DNA of 64,000 nucleotides from assembly GCA_019326865.1 (NCBI GenBank), contig GCA_019326865.1_4101.1; one strand, 5' to 3'. A model generated the notes under the pieces. The model did not search any database. It saw only the letters and a program-made list of their open reading frames with translations, and was not told the DNA's origin. The first letter of the stretch is position 1; the number at the start of each line of letters is the position of its first letter. This document shows positions 1-9,315 of this stretch, in pieces. The position numbers and the translations under genes were made by a program. This DNA comes from a phage.

Positions 1-95
1 AATAATTGAATCATATAATGTACAAGAACTTGATGTGAACAGTATTAAGTAGTATAATAAATAATAATATATTATATGTTAAAGGAGGGCACACG

Positions 96-1337
96 ATGCC
101 TAGTGATTATAATAATGGTGATATGAAGCACAGAAATGGTGCAATTGTTCAACATTCAAAACGCAAGTCGGAGTACCGCCCTGCTGGAAACTATCATAGT
201 GGTAGAAAAATGAGTCGTAACCAAAGCACTGGTGCACAAGGTGTAGAAAATGCAAAGCCAGGTGAAGTAACAGATACTTCCAAAATGAATCAACATGAAA
301 AATTAAAATACATGAATGCTTTGGGATTACTTAATGCTCATCAAAAAGAGCAACTAGCTGCAATGGATAAAGCACAAGAACGACCAGAAGCAGCAGAAGC
401 CCCCGCACAATCAAAAGCGACTAACCCTGTCAAAGAACTGTCTGATAAGTTAGGTAAGATCTTTGCAAATAAACCCCAACTTATTCAAGGTATTGTCAAA
501 GAATTGCAATCTGTACCTAAAGAAGAATTAAAAGTCAAAGCACAAGCTGTTCTGGATGCAATGAAAGGAAATACCAGTACTGAACCAACCGAAGTATTCA
601 GTACTATTATGCGTGCACTGGAAGGTAAACAACAAGGTGAAGAACGTGGTGATGAAGTAAGTCTTGAACGTGTTCTTAAAACATTTGATAGTATTGGGAA
701 AGAAGACCGTGTTAATGCACAACAGGTTAAAAATGTACTAGCAAAATTGGAAAACCGTCTAGAAGGTAAAGATGATAAGATTAAATTGGTATCCGATGCA
801 GTTGAAAATGCACTTAAATCTTATGTACAAGGTGAAAAGAGTCGTTTTGTAACTGCTATGGATGCTGCATTCAATACTATGAAAAAGTACGAAGCGGATC
901 ATGGAGAGAAGGTAACACGAGATGGTTATTTGATGCGTGATGATGAAGAAGGTGCAGTGGAACAGAATGATGTTCATTCTGACGAAGATATTGATGACAT
1001 GGAAGCAGAACTGTCACAGGACCGCCAAATGACTGAAAAATCTCACAATGAACTAAAGAAATTAATGCAGTGGGTTGCAGACGTAGGTGAAAAGGCGGGT
1101 GCTGACAAGAAGAGTATCAACCGAAACCTAAGTTGGATTAAAGATAAGGTTGGTAATAACGCTCGTAAACTACAAAAAGCATGGACTGATGTAGTGAATG
1201 GTGCAGTAGATATTGACGTTGAATCTGGTGAAGCATATGATTATGCATTGATTACACTTGATGATTCTTTTCGTGACTACGAAAAAGGAAACGTGACTCC
1301 TTGGGAAAAAGACATAATGAGCAAATACGGTAAATGA
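96..1337 (+). CDS. hypothetical protein (413 aa), highly charged/acidic, helix-rich
   Basis: Long ORF; SD aaaggaggg ~7 nt upstream of ATG; hairpin terminator directly downstream. Confidence 0.7.
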   Translation: MPSDYNNGDMKHRNGAIVQHSKRKSEYRPAGNYHSGRKMSRNQSTGAQGVENAKPGEVTDTSKMNQHEKLKYMNALGLLNAHQKEQLAAMDKAQERPEAAEAPAQSKATNPVKELSDKLGKIFANKPQLIQGIVKELQSVPKEELKVKAQAVLDAMKGNTSTEPTEVFSTIMRALEGKQQGEERGDEVSLERVLKTFDSIGKEDRVNAQQVKNVLAKLENRLEGKDDKIKLVSDAVENALKSYVQGEKSRFVTAMDAAFNTMKKYEADHGEKVTRDGYLMRDDEEGAVEQNDVHSDEDIDDMEAELSQDRQMTEKSHNELKKLMQWVADVGEKAGADKKSINRNLSWIKDKVGNNARKLQKAWTDVVNGAVDIDVESGEAYDYALITLDDSFRDYEKGNVTPWEKDIMSKYGK

Positions 1338-1344
1338 TAACAAA

Positions 1345-1372
1345 AAGGTTGACCTCGGTCAGCCTTTTTTGT
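1345..1372 (+). terminator. rho-independent terminator hairpin (ggttgac..gtcagcc + T-run); also carries TTGAC -35-like box
   Basis: Inverted repeat followed by tttttt, immediately after stop of 96..1337. Confidence 0.6.
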
Positions 1373-1406
1373 TATCATAGCTTTCCTAACTACAAAGGAT
1401 GACGTG

Positions 1407-2048
1407 ATGACTAAGCAAGAAATATTCAAAACATTAATTGACATTTTACGTTCATCTAAAACTCGTTGTGCAATGGAGTTTGATATTCCTTACGCTGAAC
1501 GAGTCATCTTTCCACAAGTAAAAGAGGCAGGGCTTACTTTACTTGGTATGGGGATGTACTCTGTAGTAGTTGAACATAAAAACTATCCAGGTCGTGCATT
1601 TAAAGTAACCACGTCACGATGGGATGGTTTTCGTGCTTATGCAAAGTACTGTATTGATAACACAGGAACTAAGTTTCTTCCTGTAATATACAGTGCAAAC
1701 GAGCAAGGAAACTTTGGATGGTATGAGATGGATAAGTACTACCCTATCATTAAACAAAAAAACAATTATGATGACTTTGTTAGCACTAAAATTGGAGATT
1801 TGTATTCGTATGCACATGCTGGTCAGCACGTAACTTCAGTGAATGAACTGCGTGGAAATTCAGAAGAGATTGCAATTGCAACTGTTGTAGCTAACATAAT
1901 GAAAGAGTTTCATGGTCGTTTTGTACCAGACATTCATTCCAGTAATGTAATGATGGATAAAGATGGAAATTTATTCATCACTGACCCTATTTCGTGTGAT
2001 GTACGTCGAGAAATACCAATCACTGAAGAAGACCCAATTTTTTATTGA
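1407..2048 (+). CDS. hypothetical protein, protein-kinase-fold-like (Gly-rich loop, AFKV lysine motif, C-terminal HSSNVMMDKDGNLFITDP)
   Basis: ORF with SD aaaggatg; alternative GTG start at 1404; motif order resembles kinase subdomains but catalytic Asp not canonical. Confidence 0.55.
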   Translation: MTKQEIFKTLIDILRSSKTRCAMEFDIPYAERVIFPQVKEAGLTLLGMGMYSVVVEHKNYPGRAFKVTTSRWDGFRAYAKYCIDNTGTKFLPVIYSANEQGNFGWYEMDKYYPIIKQKNNYDDFVSTKIGDLYSYAHAGQHVTSVNELRGNSEEIAIATVVANIMKEFHGRFVPDIHSSNVMMDKDGNLFITDPISCDVRREIPITEEDPIFY

Positions 2049-2111
2049 CAGAACTTGTGTTCTGGTGTATATTAAGTGAATTATAAACAAATTGTGACAC
2101 AGGATTAAATC

Positions 2112-2393
2112 ATGCGTTCATTTGAAAACTTAATAGGTAAACTTCTTTTATCTGAAATTAGTGAAGACGTTAAGGAATTATGCAAATCAAAAAGTTACAT
2201 TCATTTGGATGAACTGTTTGTTAAGTACGGAGAGATTAGTTTTAAATCATTATTTGTTTTTACTATGAAAGTACATAGTTTAAAGTACTTCGATTTAAGT
2301 TATAAAAATGGTCAACCAAATCTTTATCATATGTATTATCTCAAGAATATAGAAGAAGCTCATATCTTATTTTCTGAATATCTGAAGGTATAA
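2112..2393 (+). CDS. hypothetical protein
   Basis: ORF in operon-like spacing. Confidence 0.5.
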   Translation: MRSFENLIGKLLLSEISEDVKELCKSKSYIHLDELFVKYGEISFKSLFVFTMKVHSLKYFDLSYKNGQPNLYHMYYLKNIEEAHILFSEYLKV

Positions 2394-2394
2394 A

Positions 2395-2733
2395 ATGGAA
2401 CAATATTTTGAATTAGTTAATAAAGTGTCATTCTATGTAGTGTCATTGATTTGGGTTTATTTCATGTTTTGCTACATTATTGCATTCTTCCGATATACTA
2501 CTTTATATGAACGTATCTATTATGATGCACCAATTTCATTCTTGGTGTTCTGTGCATGTACCTTGGGAATATTAGAAGTACTGATATGTGGATATAGTAC
2601 TGATGGATTAAATCTGGTATCGGTATTGACTGGGTTATCACTTGGTGTTATGATATCTTTCTTTCCAGTATGGTTGTTCTTTGAACTGATCCATCGCATT
2701 GATGTATGGCGTTCTAATATCCCTGAAAAATAA
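2395..2733 (+). CDS. small multi-TM membrane protein, family A (C-terminal R.NIPEK-type tail)
   Basis: Hydrophobic ORF; paralogous to neighbours and to 11430-14210 cluster. Confidence 0.65.
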   Translation: MEQYFELVNKVSFYVVSLIWVYFMFCYIIAFFRYTTLYERIYYDAPISFLVFCACTLGILEVLICGYSTDGLNLVSVLTGLSLGVMISFFPVWLFFELIHRIDVWRSNIPEK

Positions 2734-2736
2734 GGA

Positions 2737-3084
2737 TTGATAATGATTTATTACACTAACGTGTTTGCCTATGCTGTTGCTTGCATTTACATTGTTTACT
2801 TCTTATTTGGTGGAGTGCTTTGCTTCTTTAAGTACAAAACACTGTTTAATAGGATGTATCCAAATCATCCTATTGTAGTTGTACTTTTGATTCTTTCTCT
2901 TTCCCAAATAATCGTTGAAACTACATTGGGTATCAGTAGTGTACATTATAGTTTTGGCACTATAGTAATTATTACTATGCTTATTGCATACATTTTAGTA
3001 CTTGGATATGGTATATTTGGTAATGTTGGAATGAAAATGTATCATCGAATTAAAACCTTACGTGATAATCTACCGGAGCGTTAA
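2737..3084 (+). CDS. small multi-TM membrane protein, family A
   Basis: Paralog; C-terminal RDNLPER. Confidence 0.65.
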   Translation: MIMIYYTNVFAYAVACIYIVYFLFGGVLCFFKYKTLFNRMYPNHPIVVVLLILSLSQIIVETTLGISSVHYSFGTIVIITMLIAYILVLGYGIFGNVGMKMYHRIKTLRDNLPER

Positions 3085-3085
3085 G

Positions 3086-3430
3086 ATGTATAATTTAAAC
3101 CTAATCTCATATATTATAACAACCCTGTTTACATTTTATGTCTATGTTGGTATAATCCTACTGTACTTTAAATTTTATAAAGTGTTTAACCGTTTCTATC
3201 CTTCAATGGAGAATGAGTTCTTCTTTGTGTTGTACGTCTGCTACACGCTAATGGCTACTTGTTTCACTGTAGTTGATGGTATCATTGGTATTAAAGCAGA
3301 TGGACCAAATGGTAGTACGCTGGTTGCATTTATTCTTACCGGATTCTTGGCAACTTATATTACCTTCATTTCAACATGGTCAGTGGTTGAATTTCTCTTA
3401 CGACTACGAAAGAATATGCCGAATCGATAG
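3086..3430 (+). CDS. small multi-TM membrane protein, family A
   Basis: Paralog; start chosen at ATG after SD ggag and upstream stop; C-terminal RKNMPNR. Confidence 0.6.
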   Translation: MYNLNLISYIITTLFTFYVYVGIILLYFKFYKVFNRFYPSMENEFFFVLYVCYTLMATCFTVVDGIIGIKADGPNGSTLVAFILTGFLATYITFISTWSVVEFLLRLRKNMPNR

Positions 3431-3439
3431 GAGACATAT

Positions 3440-3697
3440 ATGTTTGCATTGCGTAACAAAAACACTAAAGAATTATTATGTATTGATACAGTATGGGATT
3501 GTGCGGGTTCAACTACTGTTCTTGAAGAAGGTACTGGATATTGCGTGTTTGTTGTTCATGATAGGAATGAACTCGAATCATTGCTTGCTGAGTTTAATGC
3601 TGGTGGTAATCCTAACAGTACTAAATTCCCTGTGATTGTTAATCCTGCACCACCTGGTTCTTATGAAATTCTAACACTATGTGAGATGGATAAGTAA
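3440..3697 (+). CDS. hypothetical protein
   Basis: ORF, tightly packed. Confidence 0.5.
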   Translation: MFALRNKNTKELLCIDTVWDCAGSTTVLEEGTGYCVFVVHDRNELESLLAEFNAGGNPNSTKFPVIVNPAPPGSYEILTLCEMDK

Positions 3698-4077
3698 TGC
3701 GTCAAATGTACAAAGTGACCGAGCTAAACAAGCGTCTAGTTAAACAATCAATGTTCGAGGATAAAGAGTCTTATTATAACTTTAAACGTGCTGTAGAGGC
3801 TGCTATCCACATTCAGAAGCTTAAAGAACGTGGTTGTATTATTTTGGAAAATGGATCGGAAGTTGTATCGGATGACTTTAGTGTAGCGTTTGATGTTTCA
3901 CCTGATGGGACGCTATCAATGCCCCGCTTAGGAACTGGAAACATGACTGTTTGGGTTGGCTTCACTATGGGTAATGTACCAGGCACAGTGTATGTAGATG
4001 ATATGGAGTTGAAAGAAAGCTTCAAAAACTTATCTTATCTTGAACCACAATACGCACATGAAATGAATTTATTTTGA
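3697..4077 (+). CDS. hypothetical protein
   Basis: ORF overlapping upstream stop (ATGA-type coupling). Confidence 0.55.
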   Translation: MRQMYKVTELNKRLVKQSMFEDKESYYNFKRAVEAAIHIQKLKERGCIILENGSEVVSDDFSVAFDVSPDGTLSMPRLGTGNMTVWVGFTMGNVPGTVYVDDMELKESFKNLSYLEPQYAHEMNLF

Positions 4078-4153
4078 GTTGACAAACACATTCAGTACTG
4101 TATAATGCTTATCAAGGGGATGAACTTCTCATCCCTACAATCGAGGAACGACC

Positions 4154-4708
4154 ATGATTACTTTTAAGAAAACTGCTAACCACATCCATGAAATCTACAT
4201 TAACGGTCACAAAGCTGGCCTTCTTCGTTTACTCAGCCATCATCCTGATGTTATTGTATCTGATAATGAACCCAAAGATTGGCGTGTCTTTTTCTTTGGG
4301 AAGTACAGTGATTTTCAAGTATCAAATCTGAAGAACATTCGTTCAGTATGCACGTTAACTGAAATTAAAGAAAAGTTAGTAAAAGCATTGAAAACTAATC
4401 CAGATGCAGTTCTTCCACCAGATAACTTTGTAGAGAAAGGTTATGCCTTAGCTCATTTCAAAGATGGCACTATTCAATCTATCAGCACTGCATATGAATA
4501 TCAATGGACTGAGTACTTCACTTATGGCTCCCGTGAAACTTTGATGGCTTCACGTAGTAAATTGGAAGAAGTAATAACTATTATAAATGAACGTGAACGT
4601 CATTTATATGATAAACCTGAAATGTGGAGTTCAAATTACATTGACCGTATTGACTATGTTATTATGACTCCAATCTTTGACACTGCTTACTATGATTCTT
4701 TGAAATAA
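4154..4708 (+). CDS. hypothetical protein (184 aa)
   Basis: ORF with SD gaggaacgacc-ATG. Confidence 0.6.
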   Translation: MITFKKTANHIHEIYINGHKAGLLRLLSHHPDVIVSDNEPKDWRVFFFGKYSDFQVSNLKNIRSVCTLTEIKEKLVKALKTNPDAVLPPDNFVEKGYALAHFKDGTIQSISTAYEYQWTEYFTYGSRETLMASRSKLEEVITIINERERHLYDKPEMWSSNYIDRIDYVIMTPIFDTAYYDSLK

Positions 4709-4719
4709 GGATAACTTAT

Positions 4720-4896
4720 ATGAAACTACGTACTCGTAATCGTTTGATGGATGCACTGTACCACGAACAATGTACAATGAATGATGTAAAGCGTCAGTTA
4801 ATGTATACATATCAGTTACCAGCCCGTGCTGCGAAACAACGTTCCAAAGAATTACTGAAAGAAGCTATCGAGTACTGGGAATCTGATTCGTACTAA
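4720..4896 (+). CDS. hypothetical small protein (58 aa)
   Basis: Short ORF filling gap, SD aagga upstream; below track cutoff. Confidence 0.4.
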   Translation: MKLRTRNRLMDALYHEQCTMNDVKRQLMYTYQLPARAAKQRSKELLKEAIEYWESDSY

Positions 4897-4935
4897 TATT
4901 ACGTGATATGTCACGTTAATTAAGTGAGACTATAA

Positions 4936-5196
4936 ATGAAAATTTTATTAGTTCTAATACTACTAATACTACTAATTGTTTTACCATTTACTTTAGTATC
5001 TCCTGAACTTGCATGGAATGTGTTTGTGTACTTAGTATGTACTATTGCGGTAAATGGTATCTTGTTCTTAGTTCTATTCATAAATGGAATAGGACACGGG
5101 GGTGGGTGGACCAGTACTGCTGATATTGTACATAAAACCACTATGTCTTTATTTGTAGTGTGGAATTTATTCTGGACTTGGTTTGTGTTCTTCTAA
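4936..5196 (+). CDS. small hydrophobic membrane protein
   Basis: ORF encoding Leu/Ile-rich TM segments. Confidence 0.5.
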   Translation: MKILLVLILLILLIVLPFTLVSPELAWNVFVYLVCTIAVNGILFLVLFINGIGHGGGWTSTADIVHKTTMSLFVVWNLFWTWFVFF

Positions 5197-5209
5197 ATGA
5201 AAAAAAAAT

Positions 5210-5581
5210 ATGAATATAGATTTGAAAGGTGCAACCAGAACTGTTATCCTCATTGGTGAATACGCTATCAAGATTCCAACCTTCAAAAGCTGGAAGTTAT
5301 TCTTAACGGGAATGATAGCTAACCTAAATGAACGTTCGTGGATGCAGTACTCCAATCGTAGTGACAGTAGTATCTGTCCTACGTTGTGGTCATCATGTAC
5401 TGGACTAATAACTGTACAGAAACGTTGTAAGCCAGTACAACATAGGGGTTTATTTTGGGTGGAGTTGTGTGCTTTAGCATTGAATTCTGAGTTAAGTATT
5501 GACTTCTTCTATTCAGATGCGAAGCCAGAAAACTTTGGGTATCTGGGTGGTAAGTTAGTTAAACTTGATTATGGAGATTAA
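5210..5581 (+). CDS. hypothetical protein, kinase-fold-like (AIKIP; DAKPENF catalytic-loop-like; DYG at C-terminus)
   Basis: Motifs D-x-K-P-E-N and D-Y-G seen in translation; protein ends right after DYG. Confidence 0.5.
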   Translation: MNIDLKGATRTVILIGEYAIKIPTFKSWKLFLTGMIANLNERSWMQYSNRSDSSICPTLWSSCTGLITVQKRCKPVQHRGLFWVELCALALNSELSIDFFYSDAKPENFGYLGGKLVKLDYGD

Positions 5582-5582
5582 T

Positions 5583-5852
5583 ATGTACGCATTGTATAAT
5601 AAAGAAAAGAAACAATTTGCTAAGGTTGAAATTTCGATTGATACATTTGATATGTTGGAGTACTGTATTGTAACGGACCCATGTGCTAACTTGTATTACG
5701 TTCATGATGACGTATCAGTACTGCAACGATTGCTTGAGAGTTCAAAAAGTCAATGTCAGGGAATCCATGATGGTTCATCCTATGAAACTCCTGAGTGTTC
5801 ATATGGCTGTCTGGATGGATATGAGATTGTTAAGTTAGGGATCGTTGAATAA
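5583..5852 (+). CDS. hypothetical protein
   Basis: ORF; start at ATG after SD ggag and upstream stop. Confidence 0.5.
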   Translation: MYALYNKEKKQFAKVEISIDTFDMLEYCIVTDPCANLYYVHDDVSVLQRLLESSKSQCQGIHDGSSYETPECSYGCLDGYEIVKLGIVE

Positions 5853-5858
5853 AGAAAA

Positions 5859-5885
5859 GGGTTGACTTTAGTCAGCCCTTTTTTC
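5859..5885 (+). terminator. terminator hairpin gggttgac-ttta-gtcagccc + T-run
   Basis: Perfect 8-bp stem, T-run; recurs at 9255 and 10539. Confidence 0.7.
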
Positions 5886-5891
5886 TATAAT
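5862..5891 (+). promoter_or_regulatory. sigma70-like promoter embedded in terminator hairpin (TTGACT -18- TATAAT)
   Basis: -35 lies in hairpin loop, -10 tataat just after T-run, SD and ATG follow. Confidence 0.55.
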
Positions 5892-5919
5892 CATTTCATC
5901 GGAACGGAAGGATGTTGAA

Positions 5920-6402
5920 ATGAACTATTTAGATTTAATTAATACGTATGTCATCAGCCCATATCTTAACGATGAAAGTATCAAATGTGTAGTATCTGTT
6001 GATAATCATCCAAATGGTGCATTAGAACTATTCGGTGCAGGACAGATTAACAATCGTTGTGGGTATACTTTTGAGTACTTACCAGAAAGAGATGTATTTG
6101 GTTGTTATGACCACAAAATCAAAAAAGGTGCTATATGGGGTAATCACAAAGATATTGCACAATCTTCACTTTTCGAAGATCATAATGGATATATGTGGCG
6201 TTCTCTTGGTGCAGTCCTACTTGATATCGCCCGTAGATATAAAAAGCGTATAACTCTTACTTATACACATACAGTTGAATATAAAAATGAAGTACAAGTA
6301 GAAGATGAAGAATTTTTTAAAAGTATCCCGTACATTGAATTCAACTTCCAAAACGGGTATGCTATATATCCTGATGATTTTATTGGTGAAAAATATTTTT
6401 AA
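5920..6402 (+). CDS. hypothetical protein (160 aa)
   Basis: ORF downstream of promoter/terminator element, SD ggaaggatg. Confidence 0.6.
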   Translation: MNYLDLINTYVISPYLNDESIKCVVSVDNHPNGALELFGAGQINNRCGYTFEYLPERDVFGCYDHKIKKGAIWGNHKDIAQSSLFEDHNGYMWRSLGAVLLDIARRYKKRITLTYTHTVEYKNEVQVEDEEFFKSIPYIEFNFQNGYAIYPDDFIGEKYF

Positions 6403-6493
6403 AAAATATTTGAAAAGAAAAGAATAAGTGCTATAATTATTACATCAAGACAACAAACACTAACATGTAAACGCTACTAATTAGGAGACACAC

Positions 6494-6904
6494 ATGATTA
6501 ACAAACATTTCGCAGTTTCTAAAACAGTAACCATCGATAACGAATGGGAAATTACTATTCTTAATGATCCTGCTCGTGGGTTGCTTGCAGAGAATCTTGT
6601 ACAGAAATACATCGACTGTAAGTCTGAATTGATTATTCACGACCGTACCAAATTTCTTCTCATCAATGGCAAGAAGTGTAAAGTATTAGTATTCACGGAT
6701 AAAATGAGCCGTGCAGACATTATCACCAAATTGGTAAGTTCTTCACGTCACCGCCCAGGAGTTAACAAATCTATCGAAGAAGTTAAAGATATGAAGCCTG
6801 GTGATTTATTCATTATTGCGGGTTTTGATTCTAAAACAAGAGAAATGTACATTTCAGAAATGTACACTAATGCTGAAATGCGTAACAAATTCTTCTCTAA
6901 CTAA
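6494..6904 (+). CDS. hypothetical protein (136 aa)
   Basis: ORF with SD aggagac. Confidence 0.6.
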   Translation: MINKHFAVSKTVTIDNEWEITILNDPARGLLAENLVQKYIDCKSELIIHDRTKFLLINGKKCKVLVFTDKMSRADIITKLVSSSRHRPGVNKSIEEVKDMKPGDLFIIAGFDSKTREMYISEMYTNAEMRNKFFSN

Positions 6905-6935
6905 TCAACCTAATTATGTATTATACAAATCTATA

Positions 6936-8153
6936 ATGGATAAAAATATGATCTTCGAAACAGAAAAAACTTTACTTGAAACTTATACTTTAGAAAATCT
7001 TGTACAACTTAATCTGGCCCGTCCTGATATTCAACGAAACTGGCAATGGAAAAGTAATAATCAAAATAATCTTATAATTTCTATTCTAAAGAATTCACCA
7101 ATTGGACAATTTTTGGTATGGAATGAAACTTCTTCAAATACAATGTACATTACTGATGGACGCCATCGTTATACTGTAATTTCAAACTTCATTAATAATA
7201 AGTTCCCAGTAACAGTTAAAACCGAAAGTGGAACCAAAGATTATTATTATGGTTCTGACGATCCAATCGAAGAAGAAAACATTTCACTAAAACTTGGTGG
7301 TAAAAGTAAGACTTGGAATTTCTTATCAAAAGAAGAGCGTAATGCTTTTCGCAATAAAGAAGTATCAGTAACATTTGTTCATACAGATGATGCTGAGAAG
7401 ATTTCTGAAATGTTTATGGCTATCAACACTGCTTCATCTAATTTGTGTAAAGTAGACTTGCTGGTATGCAAGCACCACAAAAATGCATACATGAAACGTA
7501 TTGATAAACTATTTTCAATTGAGATTGAAAAAGATGACCAAATGGCAGTTCTAGTTAGCGATTTCTATCGTGCAATCGGACACTGTAATGTCAACGGTAA
7601 TTACGAGAAACATTTAGCTAAACTTAAAGCTAACCCAAAAGTTCAGAAGCGTGAATTTTTTGAGATGTATTTTATGGTACGAGCCTTCACCAAATTGTGT
7701 CGTGATGCTTTAAACGATACATTGAATTCATATCGTATGCCTAAGATGAATAAACAAATTGAAGATGCTATTATTAGTACTGAATCACTGAGTGAACAGC
7801 AAGCTAACGCCGATTTTGTTCAGTTCGTGAATGCAGTTCGTGAGATGAACCTTGTATCTCCAATAAAAGATTTACAAAAGTTTCAATTCATCCACGAAGA
7901 TATGAAGAATACCTTTAACAAGCGTCTTTTTTGTATCTTAATGGGATTATATTATGCTTACGGTACACGTTTACCATTGCATTTTCGTGATGTTTGGTGT
8001 GCCATTTATAATGAAATGTCAGAAAAAAGTACTGAACTACCAACAAACGGGACTGATAGTTCTTCTGCTATTGTAGCTGGTATCCAATTGATTGAACCGT
8101 ACTTTAGTTCAGCCTTTAATAATATTTCATTGAGTGCTCGCGTGGGAAAGTGA
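6936..8153 (+). CDS. DUF262/ParB-like (GmrS-like) domain protein; motifs PDIQRNWQW and ITDGRHRYT
   Basis: N-terminal motifs resemble DUF262 signature (QR..W ... DGQQR); start placed after upstream stop; ends GTG-GGA-AAG-TGA. Confidence 0.55.
   Translation: MDKNMIFETEKTLLETYTLENLVQLNLARPDIQRNWQWKSNNQNNLIISILKNSPIGQFLVWNETSSNTMYITDGRHRYTVISNFINNKFPVTVKTESGTKDYYYGSDDPIEEENISLKLGGKSKTWNFLSKEERNAFRNKEVSVTFVHTDDAEKISEMFMAINTASSNLCKVDLLVCKHHKNAYMKRIDKLFSIEIEKDDQMAVLVSDFYRAIGHCNVNGNYEKHLAKLKANPKVQKREFFEMYFMVRAFTKLCRDALNDTLNSYRMPKMNKQIEDAIISTESLSEQQANADFVQFVNAVREMNLVSPIKDLQKFQFIHEDMKNTFNKRLFCILMGLYYAYGTRLPLHFRDVWCAIYNEMSEKSTELPTNGTDSSSAIVAGIQLIEPYFSSAFNNISLSARVGK
8144..8150 (+). other. candidate -1 programmed frameshift heptamer G_GGA_AAG immediately before stop
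   Basis: X_XXY_YYZ heptamer in zero frame of DUF262 ORF; -1 frame continues directly into HNH ORF. Confidence 0.4.
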
Positions 8154-8362
8154 AAAATCGTGGAATACTAAATATTTCACAAAAACAATATATTTTGAAA
8201 AAATATCCCGTTTGTTATCTTTGTAAACAATTTATATTAGATACAGATAAACCACACTTTGATCATGTACAGTCATTGAAAAATGGTGGTAGTAATGACC
8301 TAGAAAATATTAGACCAACGCACCCCATTTGTAATTTACGCAAAGGTGCTAAAAGTATGTAG
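8150..8362 (+). CDS. HNH endonuclease domain (C-x2-C, DH, N, H-x2-C-N), possibly expressed as fusion with upstream ORF
   Basis: CYLC...FDHVQSLKNGGSNDLENIRPTHPICNLRKG; GTG start overlaps upstream stop. Confidence 0.65.
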   Translation: MKNRGILNISQKQYILKKYPVCYLCKQFILDTDKPHFDHVQSLKNGGSNDLENIRPTHPICNLRKGAKSM

Positions 8363-8367
8363 AATAA

Positions 8368-8394
8368 AGACTCCCATTGACTGGGAGTCTTGTT
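8368..8394 (+). terminator. hairpin agactccca-ttgac-tgggagtct
   Basis: 9-bp perfect inverted repeat after stop of HNH ORF. Confidence 0.5.
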
Positions 8395-8411
8395 ATATTA
8401 AAAGGATTTAT

Positions 8412-9248
8412 ATGAGTATTAAAAATAAATTAGATCAGTATTATACAAAACCAGAGTATGCTGTAGATTGTTATACTAAATCATTAGAATTAATTTCTGA
8501 ACGTATGGATATTAGTTCATCGTATTTTATGGAACCATGTGTCGGTACTGGTTCATTTTATCTACAATTTCCTGAAGAACGTCGTTTTGGTTGTGATATC
8601 GAACCAGTACATCTTGATGAAAATGTTATACATTCTGATTTTTTGCTTGAGTTCGGGATTAATGCAAGAAGTAAAGGTGAGCCAATAATTGTTATAAGTA
8701 ATCCACCATTTGGTAAGATTTCTTCTTTGGCTATCAAATTCTTTAATAAATGTGCATCTATGCCTGAAGTGAAATATATTTGTTTTATTGTACCTAAGAC
8801 ATTCCGTAAAGTTGCAACACAGAATAAACTAAACGAGATGTTCCATCTTGTTCTTGATGAAGATTCACCACATGATGCTTTTATTCTGCATGGCGAACCG
8901 CATCATGTACCATGTGTATTTCAGATATGGGAGCGTAGAGATGAAGTTCGTGAACAACACGAAATTAAAAATAAATCAAACTACTTCCAGTTTTGTACTA
9001 AGGATGAAGCGGATATTTACATTAAGCGTGTAGGAACTAAAGCTGGTGAGTATGCTGCACCTGGTAAAGAACACAAAGATGCAAGTATGTACTACATTAA
9101 AACTGATTATGTTGATGAAATTATTAGAATTTTGCAAAGTGAAGACTACATTGACGAGATTAAACGTATACGCAAAACCACCGCTGGTGTATTCTGTGTA
9201 TCTAAATCTGAACTTGTACTGAACATTGAAAAACGTTTGAATTTTTAA
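8412..9248 (+). CDS. putative DNA amino-methyltransferase (N6-adenine or N4-cytosine), motif I VGTGSF then motif IV NPPFG
   Basis: Motif I before motif IV with short spacing suggests gamma-like order; start at ATG with SD aaagga (track start 8346 overlaps HNH). Confidence 0.6.
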   Translation: MSIKNKLDQYYTKPEYAVDCYTKSLELISERMDISSSYFMEPCVGTGSFYLQFPEERRFGCDIEPVHLDENVIHSDFLLEFGINARSKGEPIIVISNPPFGKISSLAIKFFNKCASMPEVKYICFIVPKTFRKVATQNKLNEMFHLVLDEDSPHDAFILHGEPHHVPCVFQIWERRDEVREQHEIKNKSNYFQFCTKDEADIYIKRVGTKAGEYAAPGKEHKDASMYYIKTDYVDEIIRILQSEDYIDEIKRIRKTTAGVFCVSKSELVLNIEKRLNF

Positions 9249-9254
9249 AATACA

Positions 9255-9280
9255 GGGTTGACTTAGGTCAGCCCTTTTTG
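9255..9280 (+). terminator. terminator hairpin gggttgac-ttag-gtcagccc + T-run
   Basis: Same element as 5859. Confidence 0.7.
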
Positions 9281-9315
9281 CTAAAATTCTTTCATCGAAA
9301 CGTGAGGATGAATAC

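Noticed and set aside
528-977. Minus-strand ORFs 528..722 and 759..977 from the six-frame track
   Set aside because: Fully embedded antisense to the 413-aa gene 96..1337; low-complexity translation typical of AT-rich antisense frames; no SD.
3273-3635. Plus-strand ORF 3273..3635 (120 aa)
   Set aside because: Out-of-frame overlap with the membrane-family gene 3086..3430 and with 3440..3697; the neighbours have family or SD support.
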